A DNA stretch of 26,383 nucleotides, from assembly GCA_964569645.1 (NCBI GenBank), contig CAZMUW010000001.1:1-26383 (forward strand), read 5' to 3'. Of the stretch, positions 25,614-26,383 are shown one piece after another (within the stretch, counting starts at the first letter, position 1; every line of letters starts with the position of its first letter). The DNA is from an uncultured Desulfobacteraceae bacterium. GTDB lineage: Bacteria > Desulfobacterota > DSM-4660 > Desulfatiglandales > B25-G16. The position numbers were made by a program, and so were the translations under genes. The notes beneath the pieces were generated by a model, which searched no databases, had not been told where the DNA came from, and worked only from the letters and a program-made list of their open reading frames with translations.

Positions 25614-26234
25614 TTGAAACGCCTAAGAACGAGCCTAAAAAATTATTTTCTTACCGGTCTGCTGGTAATTTTACCAATCTTTATAACGGTGTACGTTATC
25701 TTGTTTTTAATCAGGATTATGGATGCGATACTTAAGTATATCCCTGCTAAATACCTGCCGGAAACCTATCTTCACATTCATGTACCCGGGCTTGGTCTTA
25801 TCCTGGTAGTTATTCTTGTCTTTGTTGTCGGTCTTTTGACCAGAAACTTCGTTGGCAGGAAGATAGTTCGCCTTGGAGAAAAGATTGTGGATCGTATTCC
25901 CCTGGTAAGGGTCCTCTATGCAGGGGTGAAGCAGCTTCTGGAGACCATTTTTTTGAAGAAAACCGATGCCTTTAAAAGGGTAGCATTGTTAGAATATCCC
26001 AGGCGCGGGGCCTATGTCCTTGGCTTTATCACAGGAGAGAGCAAGGGGGAGGTACAGAGTAAGACCAGTAAGAATATGGTAAATATCTTTGTTCCGACAA
26101 CGCCTAATCCTACGAGTGGATTTTATATACTTATACCAGACGATGAATTGATACTCCTCGATATGAGTGTTGAAGATGCATTCAAACTAATCATATCTGG
26201 TGGTATTGTTAGTCCACCTGAGGCAAGAAAATAG
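25614..26234 (+). CDS. DUF502 family membrane protein
   Basis: FLTGLLVILPIFIT, IPLVRVLY, EYPRRG, FVPTTPNPTSGF and FKLIISGG. Confidence 0.9.
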   Translation: MKRLRTSLKNYFLTGLLVILPIFITVYVILFLIRIMDAILKYIPAKYLPETYLHIHVPGLGLILVVILVFVVGLLTRNFVGRKIVRLGEKIVDRIPLVRVLYAGVKQLLETIFLKKTDAFKRVALLEYPRRGAYVLGFITGESKGEVQSKTSKNMVNIFVPTTPNPTSGFYILIPDDELILLDMSVEDAFKLIISGGIVSPPEARK

Positions 26235-26353
26235 ATAAAAAATAAGGCAGCGATCAACTGACTTTTATCATTTACAATTTGTTTACCTTTTGGTACATAA
26301 CTTAAACCTGACCTGACTTTAATACTAATATCAAGTTAAGTGCCTAAAGTTTA

Positions 26354-26375
26354 ACCCGCCGTAAGTCTGGCGGGT
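26354..26375. repeat. GC hairpin next to an inverted ACTTTAGGC-family copy at the window edge
   Basis: ACCCGCC-gtaagtct-GGCGGGT. No U-tract follows, so it is not called a terminator. Confidence 0.4.
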
Positions 26376-26383
26376 AAAAGTGC

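Overview
Bacterial window, most likely Desulfobacterota (deltaproteobacterial), inferred from gene order and repeat types. It has two parts that meet at a minus-strand tRNA-Pro(CGG) at 8862-8938. The left part (1-8.8 kb, visibly more GC-rich) is accessory and catabolic. It holds a pyrogallol-transhydroxylase-like Mo-bisPGD enzyme with an extra N-terminal domain; this gene runs off the window and is absent from the ORF track. It also holds a phloroglucinol-reductase-like SDR, a DUF6599/Tat-DUF362 pair, a TIM-barrel isomerase, a 4-hydroxybutyryl-CoA-dehydratase-like Fe-S flavoprotein with apparently replaced catalytic residues plus an uncharacterised partner, and IS200/IS605 relics. The right part (9-26.4 kb, AT-richer) is core genome: Nudix, DacZ-type diadenylate cyclase, pyrE, phoH, 7TM-HD, ybeY, acpS, tsaE, lysC, comEA, CHASE2 Ser/Thr kinase, tsaD, rsmA, deoxynucleoside kinase and DUF502. 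Its intergenic gaps carry several families of short-period tandem or palindromic repeats, a MITE with 22-bp inverted repeats, and a two-state RNA structure upstream of lysC. Comparisons to characterised enzymes come from my recollection of their sequences and need confirming by alignment. No database search was run.
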